DNA of 64,000 nt, taken from assembly GCA_024346625.1 (NCBI GenBank), contig AP024664.1:62001-126000 (forward strand), read 5' to 3'. This DNA is from Williopsis jadinii (taxonomy: Eukaryota). The notes below the pieces were generated by a model that did not search any database, was not told where the DNA came from, and saw only the letters and a program-made list of their open reading frames with translations. Below are positions 54,926 to 64,000 of this stretch, piece after piece. A program made the position numbers and the translations under genes. How positions within the stretch are numbered: position 1 is the first letter of the stretch; every line of letters starts with the position of its first letter.

Positions 54926-57307
54926 ATGGCCACCACCACGGCAAGCCTCTTTGACACATTCGCAAGACATAAAACCACTAATTCCACCATCAACATCGCT
55001 GGCAAACACGAACAAGAGCAACGGCACGAGGGCACGATGAGACGCCCGCTGCCTGGATTGTTCCCTGAGATCGAAAAGCACGGTGGTGGTGGCGGCGGCG
55101 GTGAGCGTGAGGACGCTGACCGTGAAGACGGCCAGGACGAGGAGGACTTGCTCTCACCAGTGCTGACGGAGACGATCCAGCGCCGGCTGGAGGAGGTTGC
55201 TGAAGGGGACCAGCACGCCAGGGACAACAGCGACAGGTTCTACTACACCACGCTGCTGGGCCTGGACCACGACGTCGAGGCCAGCAGCGACTTCGAGCAG
55301 TACGACCGCATGGTGAAGAGGGAGGAACAGCTCCGCCGCAAGGTTGAGCATCTACGACGTGACCTTCGTATCAACGAGCCTCTGGAGCTGGAGTTCGACG
55401 CTGGAGCGGAGCACGTCCGCTACCACAAGTACCAGAAGCAGCACGCTCCGCTGAAGAAGCCGCCGAGGGCCAGGGAGCGGGACGTCAAGGAGAAGGACCT
55501 GGAGCTCATGAGAGAAACCTCGCGAGGAAGCAATCGCACGGAGATCATCGACTACTCCAACGAGATCAAGTCGCTGGACAGACCACCGTCGTCCTTGGAC
55601 AAGCCCACGAGCCATGTCCAGAGGAAGTTAGTCCGGTCGCAGATCCAGATGATCGCGCTGGGCGGCACGCTCGGTGTTGGGCTCTACCTCAACTCGGGCA
55701 AGGCCTTCAGCATTGCTGGGCCGCTAGGCTGTTTCCTCGGGTTCACCATCTCTGGAAGCATAGTGCTGGCCACTATGCTGAGCTTTGCGGAGATGTCCAC
55801 GCTGATCCCGACCACGTCGAGCATTTCAGGGCTGGCGTCACGGTTTGTCGAAGATGCCTTTGGCTTTGCGCTGGGATGGTGCTATTGGCTGAGCTTCACC
55901 ATTGCGATGCCTTCAGAGGTGTGTGCGGCCACGATCATGCTGAGCTACTACACGGACCTGGATGTTCCCTCCGCGTCGACGTCTGGCTTTGTTGTGCTGT
56001 TTCTGGTGTTCATCATCGGGATCAACCTCTTTGACGTCAGAGTCTACGGCAACATCGAGTACGTGACCTCGCTGGTCAAGGTGCTGTTCTCCGTGGCCCT
56101 GATCATCACGATGATCGTGCTCAATGTGCAAGAGAAGTACGGGTTCATGTACTGGACCCCGTCCCGGTCACCGTCGTGGGCCAGCTATGGTCCATTCAGG
56201 CCCACTTTTGACTTGAACGACGTTGGACAGGGCTCCAGGGGTGGCATTGGTGGAGGCTGGGGCCGTCTGTTGGGCGTGCTTTCTTCGGTATTGATCTCGT
56301 CGTATGCGTACACTGGAAGTGAGATTGGATTCATCGCCTCCATGGAGTGTAAGAACCCGAGAAAGGCCCTTCCAAGCGTGACGAAGAGAGTATTTGGCCG
56401 TGTGGTGTTCCTCTATCTGCTCTCCATCTTCCTCGTGAGCCTGAACTTCTACTCTGGCGATCCTCGTCTATTGCACTATTACTCGCCTGATGATGCTGCT
56501 AAGGATATCTCGCCTTCAATCTTGGAACATTACCAAACACAGTGCACTTCTAGCACGCTATCCCAATACTCCAACGGGAACCAGTCTCCCTGGATCATTG
56601 CTCTACAGACAGTGGGGCTTTGTTCGTATGCTGCTGTGAGTAATGCCTTCTTCATCATGTTTGCTGTCACTGCAGGCTCGTCCCATCTGTACGTATCTTC
56701 ACGTACCATTTACTCAATGGCTACCCAAGGGAAGGCCTTCCAAGTCTTTGCAACATGCTCGGATGCTGGTGTCCCTTACGTGGCAGTGCTCTCGTCAGGA
56801 TCGTTCGGGTTGTTGGCCTTCCTGTCCATCAATAAGAAGGCACTGAGGGTGTTCCAGGATTTTGCGAACATCTCTTCAACCACTGCGATGCTGATGTGGG
56901 CAGGGATGTGTCTCTCATTCATACGGTTCTACTACGGACTCAAGCTGAGGCCTGATATCATCTCACGGAGTGATCCTTCCTACCCCTACAGATCACCACT
57001 ACAACCGTTCTTAGCCATCTACGGCCTGATAGGGTCGTTGTTAATTGTGATATTTATGGGGTTTGTTGTGTTCTTGAAAGGATATTGGAACACACAGACT
57101 TTCTTTGTGAGTTATGGTGCCCTGATGCTGTTTGCTATCTGCTACTTTGGTTATAAGTTCTTTAGAAGCTCCAAGATCCACAGGCTGGATCAATTGGACT
57201 TGGACTCTGGAAGAAGAGAGATGGATCGCATCATCTGGGACGAGGAGACGAACTACATAAGTTCTGTTGGTGAACTGATCAAGAAGGTCATATCGTGGCT
57301 GGCATAG
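54926..57307 (+). CDS. SSY1: SPS amino acid sensor Ssy1
   Basis: Long hydrophilic N-terminus, then QRKL..QIQMIALGGTLGVGLYLNSGKAF, GPFRPTFDL and LDQLDLDSGRREMD. Confidence 0.9.
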   Translation: MATTTASLFDTFARHKTTNSTINIAGKHEQEQRHEGTMRRPLPGLFPEIEKHGGGGGGGEREDADREDGQDEEDLLSPVLTETIQRRLEEVAEGDQHARDNSDRFYYTTLLGLDHDVEASSDFEQYDRMVKREEQLRRKVEHLRRDLRINEPLELEFDAGAEHVRYHKYQKQHAPLKKPPRARERDVKEKDLELMRETSRGSNRTEIIDYSNEIKSLDRPPSSLDKPTSHVQRKLVRSQIQMIALGGTLGVGLYLNSGKAFSIAGPLGCFLGFTISGSIVLATMLSFAEMSTLIPTTSSISGLASRFVEDAFGFALGWCYWLSFTIAMPSEVCAATIMLSYYTDLDVPSASTSGFVVLFLVFIIGINLFDVRVYGNIEYVTSLVKVLFSVALIITMIVLNVQEKYGFMYWTPSRSPSWASYGPFRPTFDLNDVGQGSRGGIGGGWGRLLGVLSSVLISSYAYTGSEIGFIASMECKNPRKALPSVTKRVFGRVVFLYLLSIFLVSLNFYSGDPRLLHYYSPDDAAKDISPSILEHYQTQCTSSTLSQYSNGNQSPWIIALQTVGLCSYAAVSNAFFIMFAVTAGSSHLYVSSRTIYSMATQGKAFQVFATCSDAGVPYVAVLSSGSFGLLAFLSINKKALRVFQDFANISSTTAMLMWAGMCLSFIRFYYGLKLRPDIISRSDPSYPYRSPLQPFLAIYGLIGSLLIVIFMGFVVFLKGYWNTQTFFVSYGALMLFAICYFGYKFFRSSKIHRLDQLDLDSGRREMDRIIWDEETNYISSVGELIKKVISWLA

Positions 57308-57345
57308 GTTTCGATGTATATAAAGGTATAATAATAATGTCTAAT

Positions 57346-58011
57346 CTAGGAGAAGTTGTCTCTGATGAGCTTGAGAAGCTTTGGGAAGATGATATCACTA
57401 GTCTCGCCATCAACGGTGTGTAGTACGCCTTGTTTCGCATAAAACTGCTTCAAGGGCTCGATGAGCTCGTTGTACTTGTCCAGCCTGCGCTGGAACACTT
57501 CAACGTTGTCGTCTGGTCGTTTACTCAGAGGCTCGCCTGTAACGTCATCCTGACCGGCAACCTTTGGAGGGTTGTACTGGAGATTGTAGATACGGCCGCT
57601 TGGAATGTGCACCCATCTGTTCTCAATTCGCTCTAATATCACCGACTGTGGCACGTTCAGCTCAACCACGCAGTTCAGCTTGGAATCGTGGCTCGACAGC
57701 TCCTTGTCCAACAGCACTGCCTGGTTCAACGTTCTTGGGAAGCCATCCAGCAGCCAGGACTTACCGGCACCTGCCAGAAGCTGCCTGCGTGCCAGATCTC
57801 CAATCACCATCCCCGTCATAACGTCGTCTGGGATGAGCTCACCACGAGCAATGGCCTGCTTAATCTTCGGGTCGTCGCCATGTTGGCGCAATAAATCGCC
57901 AGAGCTGAGCGTGGGAAGCGACATCTCCTTCAACAGCTTAGAGGTCTGCGTACCCTTCCCAGACCCCGGAGCACCGAGCAATAGCAGACGTAATGGACGA
58001 CTTAGAGACAT
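57346..58011 (-). CDS. ADK2: Mitochondrial GTP:AMP phosphotransferase
   Basis: LLLGAPGSGKGTQ, WLLDGFPRT, RWVHIPSGRIYNLQYNPPK and DDVTGEPLSKRPDD. Confidence 0.93.
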   Translation of the reverse strand: MSLSRPLRLLLLGAPGSGKGTQTSKLLKEMSLPTLSSGDLLRQHGDDPKIKQAIARGELIPDDVMTGMVIGDLARRQLLAGAGKSWLLDGFPRTLNQAVLLDKELSSHDSKLNCVVELNVPQSVILERIENRWVHIPSGRIYNLQYNPPKVAGQDDVTGEPLSKRPDDNVEVFQRRLDKYNELIEPLKQFYAKQGVLHTVDGETSDIIFPKLLKLIRDNFS

Positions 58012-58223
58012 TGGAGCTTGCTGTACACGGTGGAGTCCTTCGATCGAGTCCAATGGCTCAATTGACAGCGCTGGAGGTTGGTTGTGTGACGTTTCATTGT
58101 TTCGACGGCCGTTGCCGGGTGGGAATTTTTCATGTGGGGGAACGGAGCGGTGGAGATAACCGGGGGTATCGGAGATACGCGGAGATACAGAGAACATCAT
58201 AGCCTTCGTAGTATATGGAGGTG

Positions 58224-59880
58224 TTATATATGGCGATATATGCCTTTATTCACGGAGAAGTGGATGCTTAGGAGTGAGCTCAACGTTGTGAGTCTGTGTG
58301 CGAGTTGCTTTGGTACGAGATGTGTGAATTTGGAGACGTTGCCAGAGGTTCCAGCGATGAACAGGAGTACTTCTTCAACGCCATGTTGCACTAATAGTGA
58401 TTGGCATAATGCCTTCAATTGCGGTTCTATAACTTCAAGGCTCCGTGGTAGCTCGCAGTGGCAACTGAGGCAGCTCAGCATGTGCTCCATGAGCCTTGTT
58501 GTCCAAGGAAGAGCTCTGTTGTCACTTAGCGTGATGGAGAGCTCCTGTATGAAGAGCTGCCTCCATAGTGATAACTTCTTCAAGGAGTACTCAACATCTG
58601 GTTCTCAAAGTCGGTGTAGGTGCTCGTCAGCAGTGACTCGTTGACAAACTTCGAAGTACACCGAATCATCAGGTGTCGCCATTTGATCAAATAGTTGCTC
58701 AAGTTGGCAACAACATCAAGTTGCCTCCCACTCAACTGGTTACACATCTGTTGAGCTTGAACAAGGCTGTGGTCCTTATTAGAAATCAATTTCCGTTGTT
58801 AGCACGTTAATTTGATACCAATGCAGTTGAATAACCTTTCATTGAGCTGATTCAAAGAGAGGTGTTTGGCCATTTGTCTGAAGCTCATCATTCCAATGGA
58901 TTCCATCAATGCTTCGAGATCTCTAACACGCTTTAAGGTCACTTCGCCATCATAGGCATCCAAAAGGTTCTGTGCTTTGACTTGTATCCACTCCATCATG
59001 CTGAATACCGGTGGTATCACTTGTTTAGCCCTATCCGGTGGTACTGTATCGCTATTTGAAGCTGTAAACATGCTGTACAGCTTTTCAATGCACTCTTCAA
59101 ATGTCATCTCATACCAAAACCAATCGTTATCATTTGACAACCTTTTCTCACTGGATACGATTTGTCTCTCCATGGTAACTTTCGTCCATATGTTTATCTT
59201 CAATTGTAATTTAGCATACCCATCATCATGGTCGTTGTGACGATTTTGCAATGCCAGTTCACTCTCAGGGACATCAACAACATGTAAGAGTATCAGATAT
59301 GATCTGACTAAGTGGTAGTGGTGTAATACCAACGACATCGACAGGTATGCTTCCCAGCAGTTGAGAAACCTCAAATGCGTCCAAGAAGGTTGTGCGTTCG
59401 AGCCGGGAATTAGACACATGAACGCAACCAGTAATTCGCTTTATCTTATCAGGAGCTCTCTGTATATGAAGGAATAGAGCTCATTAATATCGTAGTTGAA
59501 TTTCTTCAGATTTGGAAAACTATACCCTGAGACTCACACCTGATCAACGTTGGTGTTGTATATGCGGTCCCAGGGAGGGCTCGTACCTCAATCCGATATT
59601 ACCAGTAGGCACAGTGATTAGCATCTCTTCATGGACAGTCTGAAGCTTGTCTTGGGCACTGAATAGACTCGAAGTAACGCTTTAACGTTACTCAGCATCC
59701 AGGTGTCTTGTACTATTCATTGCATAGAGTCGATCGGAGTGTATTTCAACTCTTCCAACGACTTATTGAAAACCGACAATGTCATATTGTTCTTCAAGAA
59801 CTTCATATACAAGAGCTTTGTAGTTGCTCGTGTTCTCCTTGCGCCGTTGAAGGCTCTTCAACATCGCGTGCATCACCATT
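58224..59880 (-). pseudogene. Probable degraded gene of unknown family
   Basis: Consecutive same-strand ORF fragments (59419-58799, 58789-58580, 58583-58224), with stop-interrupted coding-like sequence upstream. Confidence 0.45.
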
Positions 59881-59902
59881 CATGAAAATGTGCCATTTCG
59901 TT

Positions 59903-59980
59903 CCTCTTAGAAAGTCCACGAGACAGCAGAAAGATAATGATTTCTTTAAAAGAGCATGAACGCACTCCTTGTGTGTTTGT
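59903..59980 (-). ncRNA. Candidate omegaRNA 3' scaffold remnant, copy 2
   Basis: Hairpin AAGGAGUG-cguuca-UGCUCUUU at 59970-59949, covarying with copy 1. Confidence 0.5.
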
Positions 59981-60185
59981 CTATTGAGATGCGACAAGAC
60001 ACTTGATGAGCATGTTACGCTCACCGTTGTTGTCACAGTCGACAGACAAGTAGCACGCAGTACAATGGAAGGTGGCCAGAGACAGTTTGTCCTTTATTGT
60101 CCCACATGTCTTACTCGTGTACTCGTCAGTCCTTCTCGAGAGCCGTGTCCCTGTGACTTGACATTCGAAGGCCAAATGCTGGTGG
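59981..60185 (-). pseudogene. Fanzor2 / IS607-TnpB C-terminal remnant, copy 2
   Basis: QHLAFECQVTGTRLSRRTDEYTSKTCG...FHCTAC..VDCDNNGERNMLIK, with clear nucleotide homology to 33350-33565. Confidence 0.85.
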
Positions 60186-60584
60186 ACTAGGGAGAAACAG
60201 AATGACCTGGAGAACAAGATGTGACAATTTACCACTGTTTTTGGAGTGGATGTCCGATGAACTTAGCGATGCGTTTGGCGGTTACATGCGTGTCCGGGGA
60301 AAGTGGTGAAGACACACGCGTCTTCCCGCTGCGTGCCTGACGCGTGGTGAGCGGATGATTTATCACTGGCTCATGATGATGAGAATGTCTGGTCTCTTCC
60401 GGATTCGATAGTAGACAATACGAGCGAGATAAGGAGCTTTTCAAATGTCCGTTGTATGCTTTGTGAAAATTCACTATGGGAAGGGCTTGAATCGCCCATA
60501 TCGGACACTTTTCCTGCTACAAATCAGTTTTGCTGGCATTTTGCTGTGCCTTCTCGTGCCCTGACAGCAGTTTTACATTTGGCG

Positions 60585-60643
60585 CAAAAGTCTACAAAAG
60601 TCTACAAAAGTCTACAAACTACAAAAGTCTACAAACTACAAAA
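60585..60643. repeat. Tandem CTACAAA(AGT) motifs in the element left end
   Basis: caaaagtctacaaaagtctacaaaagtctacaaactacaaaagtctacaaactacaaaa. Confidence 0.9.
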
Positions 60644-61089
60644 GGGCACCTTTTCGGCAACAGTTGGAACCCGTTCAATCACCGGAGACGCGCTGCACAA
60701 CTTTGAGGGACATGCCGGGGTTGAGTGCTTCCCTTCCGACAAATCATACCCGTTGCAGTTCAAATACATCTCGTTTGAAGCCGTGCGTATCGCCAGTACC
60801 AGCTCAGCCTCCATGGATGAGCATTGATGTTACGGGAGTAGAATTATGGCTCCAAACTTCTTTTATCGGCAATTGGAAGCAAACACCTTATCGCAGTTTT
60901 ACGAGGCAGGCCCGCTGCTGCCTTTGTGCAGACACAAAATAAATTGTGGCTAGTATGTGGAGGGCTTGTAGACTTCCGCATTAGGTAATTCTAAAAAAAC
61001 AGTAAGATAATTGTCCATTATAGATTTCTTGGGTCTCTGTCTGTATTATATAAGGCACCATTAGTCTATTTAAGAGTCCCGTGTTGTGC

Positions 61090-62544
61090 TCAGTTGCGTT
61101 TCCTCTTGAATGACAGTAGCCTACTCCTCCATCTGTTCTTTTGAGATGGGCTTCTCTCACACTTGGTGCCCTTGTTATCTAATTCTGTCAATGAACAGGT
61201 GTGTAGTCCGGCCCCCGTGCTGTCATATAAGTGATTGAAGCTTGAATCTTGTGATATTTCAGACTCAGAGATTGTCATAGGAACTGATCCAACGGTAACA
61301 GGGTTGGTCATGACCCTGGTAGTGGTGGTGCTGGTGTTCGTGGGGGTCGTTCTCCTCGTTAGCTGTGTCGGTACTTTGTCGAATGATGTGTGTAGTGCAG
61401 AGCTCGTTATCGAAGACGGAGAGCTGGCAATGGGATGCAAGTCCTCACAGTCTGATTTCAAAGATTCATCCTTGGATAGGAGGTCCTCCTGCTCTGATAG
61501 AAATTTGTAGTAGATATTCTCTCTTAGAAGCTGCAGGACAATGTTCTTCGCAGGCAACAGAACCATTGGCGAATGGTACAGCACTTTCTCGTTGTGTGCC
61601 TCTTGTATCAAATCGTTATATATGTCATCGGGCAAATTGATCTCATATGGAGAATCCCTCGAAACATACGTGTGGATGATTTCTCTGAACTTCTTCTCCA
61701 GTTCATTTTTTAGCATCTCTCTTTCTTCTCTTTGCTTTATAGATTCGTTGTATTCCAACACACTTTCCTCGTCACCATTCGAAGTGGAAATACTCAACCG
61801 TGGGATATTGGTTAAGCCGACGTTCATGGAGCTGTTATGGTTCTCAACTTTACATAGACATTCCTCCTCTGTATCGAAATACGAAGGTTTGAACAGCTTT
61901 GACCAATTCGAGGGAGATTTATGAATATGCTCATGTTCTTGTTCGTACTTCATCGCGTCTTTACCCATGGGCGACATCTGCACTATAGATTTGGTATCTA
62001 TATCATCGGCAGACAACACCAGTTCAGGCAAAGTTAACTCGTTAACCAGTTTGGAGATATCCTCGTTATTGAAAGATTGTACCATATCAAAGCTGGTGTT
62101 ATCTTCAGATTTGTCTAGTTGTTCTTGTTCATCTTCGGGTTCCTCTGCAATGGACATGTGTCTTCTGAACTTTGATGAATTATTTGTGTGAATAGTGGCA
62201 ACGCTGTGCTTCCGTAGTTGTGATGCTTCGTCTTTACACTTCAATATCGAATACTGTCTCTTGAATATCTTGTTCCAAATCTTTTCATAGTGGAAGATTT
62301 GGATGAGGAATTTGAGGTTCTCTATGCAATGTGACGATTTGATGTAATCTTCAAACTTATCGTATGTGAAATAACCATCTCTCTGGAACCCATGCGCACT
62401 CTCAGATGACACCCCTAAGGCACCAGATGAGTATCCACTTTGGCTTAACCGACGCTCAAGCGTCTTGTTCAATTTGGCATAGTAATCTTCACAGCATTGG
62501 TTCACAAGACACTCCAATGAGGGCACTTTGTCCCTGTTTGGCAT
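61090..62544 (-). CDS. RGS2: RGS-domain protein (Rgs2-like), with the RGS domain split by an insertion
   Basis: VPSLECL, FEDYIKSSHCIENLKFL...IIHTYVSRDSPYEINL...QLLRENIYYKFL. Confidence 0.72.
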   Translation of the reverse strand: MPNRDKVPSLECLVNQCCEDYYAKLNKTLERRLSQSGYSSGALGVSSESAHGFQRDGYFTYDKFEDYIKSSHCIENLKFLIQIFHYEKIWNKIFKRQYSILKCKDEASQLRKHSVATIHTNNSSKFRRHMSIAEEPEDEQEQLDKSEDNTSFDMVQSFNNEDISKLVNELTLPELVLSADDIDTKSIVQMSPMGKDAMKYEQEHEHIHKSPSNWSKLFKPSYFDTEEECLCKVENHNSSMNVGLTNIPRLSISTSNGDEESVLEYNESIKQREEREMLKNELEKKFREIIHTYVSRDSPYEINLPDDIYNDLIQEAHNEKVLYHSPMVLLPAKNIVLQLLRENIYYKFLSEQEDLLSKDESLKSDCEDLHPIASSPSSITSSALHTSFDKVPTQLTRRTTPTNTSTTTTRVMTNPVTVGSVPMTISESEISQDSSFNHLYDSTGAGLHTCSLTELDNKGTKCERSPSQKNRWRSRLLSFKRKRN

Positions 62545-64000
62545 TCTGGTGAAATGTTTGGCAGCTCACGTCGATGTCTCTCACGATCTTGGTCTTCAAC
62601 AAGTTGATCAGACGGTGATCAGCTTCGCTCTTCTAAAAAGGTCTTGGATTTACAACCACTTAAATGTGAAACAAGAAGAGAAGACCAAACACTGAAAAAA
62701 AAAACAATAAAAAGTCGTCACATATGTGATTTACTGACCACAGTTTCTACGGTTAGTTTATGCAGGAGAAGGACAGGATAAAAAAATAGAAGCAAAAAAA
62801 AGAAACGAGATGCATACAGGCAACTCATGGAAACGAAACACTTTTCGCAAATTGGCGAAAACTACATCACAGTTTTAACCAAAAGGGGCACAAAAAAAAG
62901 AACGCAAAAACGCAAAAGTGAAATAATTTCAAAATTGTGGGCAAATCTAGTCATCGACACTTCTACACCTTGTGAGTTTACGATATGGAGGGGACATAGG
63001 AGAAAGTGAGGTGTGCATAGCGTTTATCCTTAAGTATTAGTGTATGGTGAGATGCAACAATAGTGGTGGGCTGCTGGTCCCGAAGTGACAATTTTGGGGT
63101 GAAGCGGCAATACAGTAAATAAACGACAAAAGAAGCAGTTACAACCAAAGCGCTTAAAGGTCGTTGACATTGCGCGCTTGTTCTATGCCACACGTCAACG
63201 TCTGTCGGTTTCCACAAGATCAGCATGTTCCTTGTTCCGTAAAAAATTGTCACACCAAACAAGACAAACTCTAAAATATCGAACGATAAAAGCAACACAG
63301 AAGTGCGAAACAGAGTTTCCGGCTCGCTGCTTTTCTCGCCAAGTTTGCGGCTAGGAACAGGCTTCTAGAAGAGTTAGAATTCCAATTCTCCACGCATGAC
63401 TTTTTCTCTTATTATATGAAAGCCTCTCCTGTGTCTTCTCCTGCTTTTTGCGTATTTTTTAGCGTGTGTTGCAGTGTGTTTGAGTCTATGCAAGTGTGTT
63501 CTCAACACCAAGCAGAGTTCTAACCCCCCCCCTTTCAAAAACTGTTACAGCTGGTTGCGCACCTGATTCATGCTCCCGGTTATCAACATGATTACGTTGT
63601 ATAACTTCAGTGTGAGTGCAAAGCTTTGGTTGTTGGGAAACCGTTTCATACCCGACATTGTTTCATTCATTGAGGCTTAAACCGATTGGTCCCGGTATCT
63701 CCAATGCATACCAACAACCCTACCAATAGCAATGACTATTTTACGTACATACGCCCAGCAGATACACAAGTCGCATGAACAACAACAAAGAATGCTGGAG
63801 AAGTTGTTACGCGCCCAAAGAGTTAAATTAATGTTAAAACACGCCATGTAACTGTCACAACACCATGTGTTGATACGCAAGGCTTGTCAATTACGCAACT
63901 TAAAAGTCTCTCCGCAGATCTACGCTCAAGCGCTACATGTCCATATGGAAATTGGTCTTGATCACAGTAAAAATGCGGTTCTAACGGCGACCACTTCCTC

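Larger units (their letters stand above)
59903..60672 (-). mobile_element. Internally deleted, non-autonomous IS607-like Fanzor2/TnpB element, copy 2
   Basis: Contains the left end shared with 37835-37972, the Fanzor C-terminal remnant and the 3' hairpin region shared with 33274-33565. Confidence 0.75.

Noticed and set aside
63600..64000. Possible gene at the right edge
   Set aside because: Only short or stop-interrupted frames, with no recognisable domain inside the window.
1..64000. tRNA or rRNA genes
   Set aside because: I recognised no cloverleaf, A/B-box pair or rRNA sequence by eye. tRNAscan-SE would be needed to exclude them.

Overview
Eukaryotic DNA from a budding yeast (Saccharomycotina). 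The standard code fits, introns are short (58-71 nt), and gene order partly matches S. cerevisiae (NMD2-PTC7, PEP7-TIM11-MRPL35, ARC18-ROM2-ELO3-STP3/4, MIC10-PRD1). A Cyberlindnera/Wickerhamomyces-like species is my inference, not something I could confirm. About 29 ordinary protein genes fill most of the window. The main accessory signal is two decayed copies of an IS607-type element carrying a Fanzor2/TnpB RNA-guided nuclease remnant (~33274-37972 and ~59903-60672, both on the minus strand). The copies share a ~140-bp left end with CTACAAA motifs, the RuvC/Zn-finger C-terminus, and a post-ORF hairpin with compensatory base changes (candidate omegaRNA). Both ends may be bounded by GG. Copy 1 is split by ~3.9 kb of gene-free DNA holding ~345-bp direct repeats and an array of identical 171-bp units. 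Other points: an intron inside the MIC10 start codon, a 60-nt read-through intron in PTC7, repeated AAG splice acceptors, Rap1-like sites phased at 16 bp, and a bacterial-type NtaA/DszA monooxygenase. All calls come from reading motifs by eye; no database searches were run.
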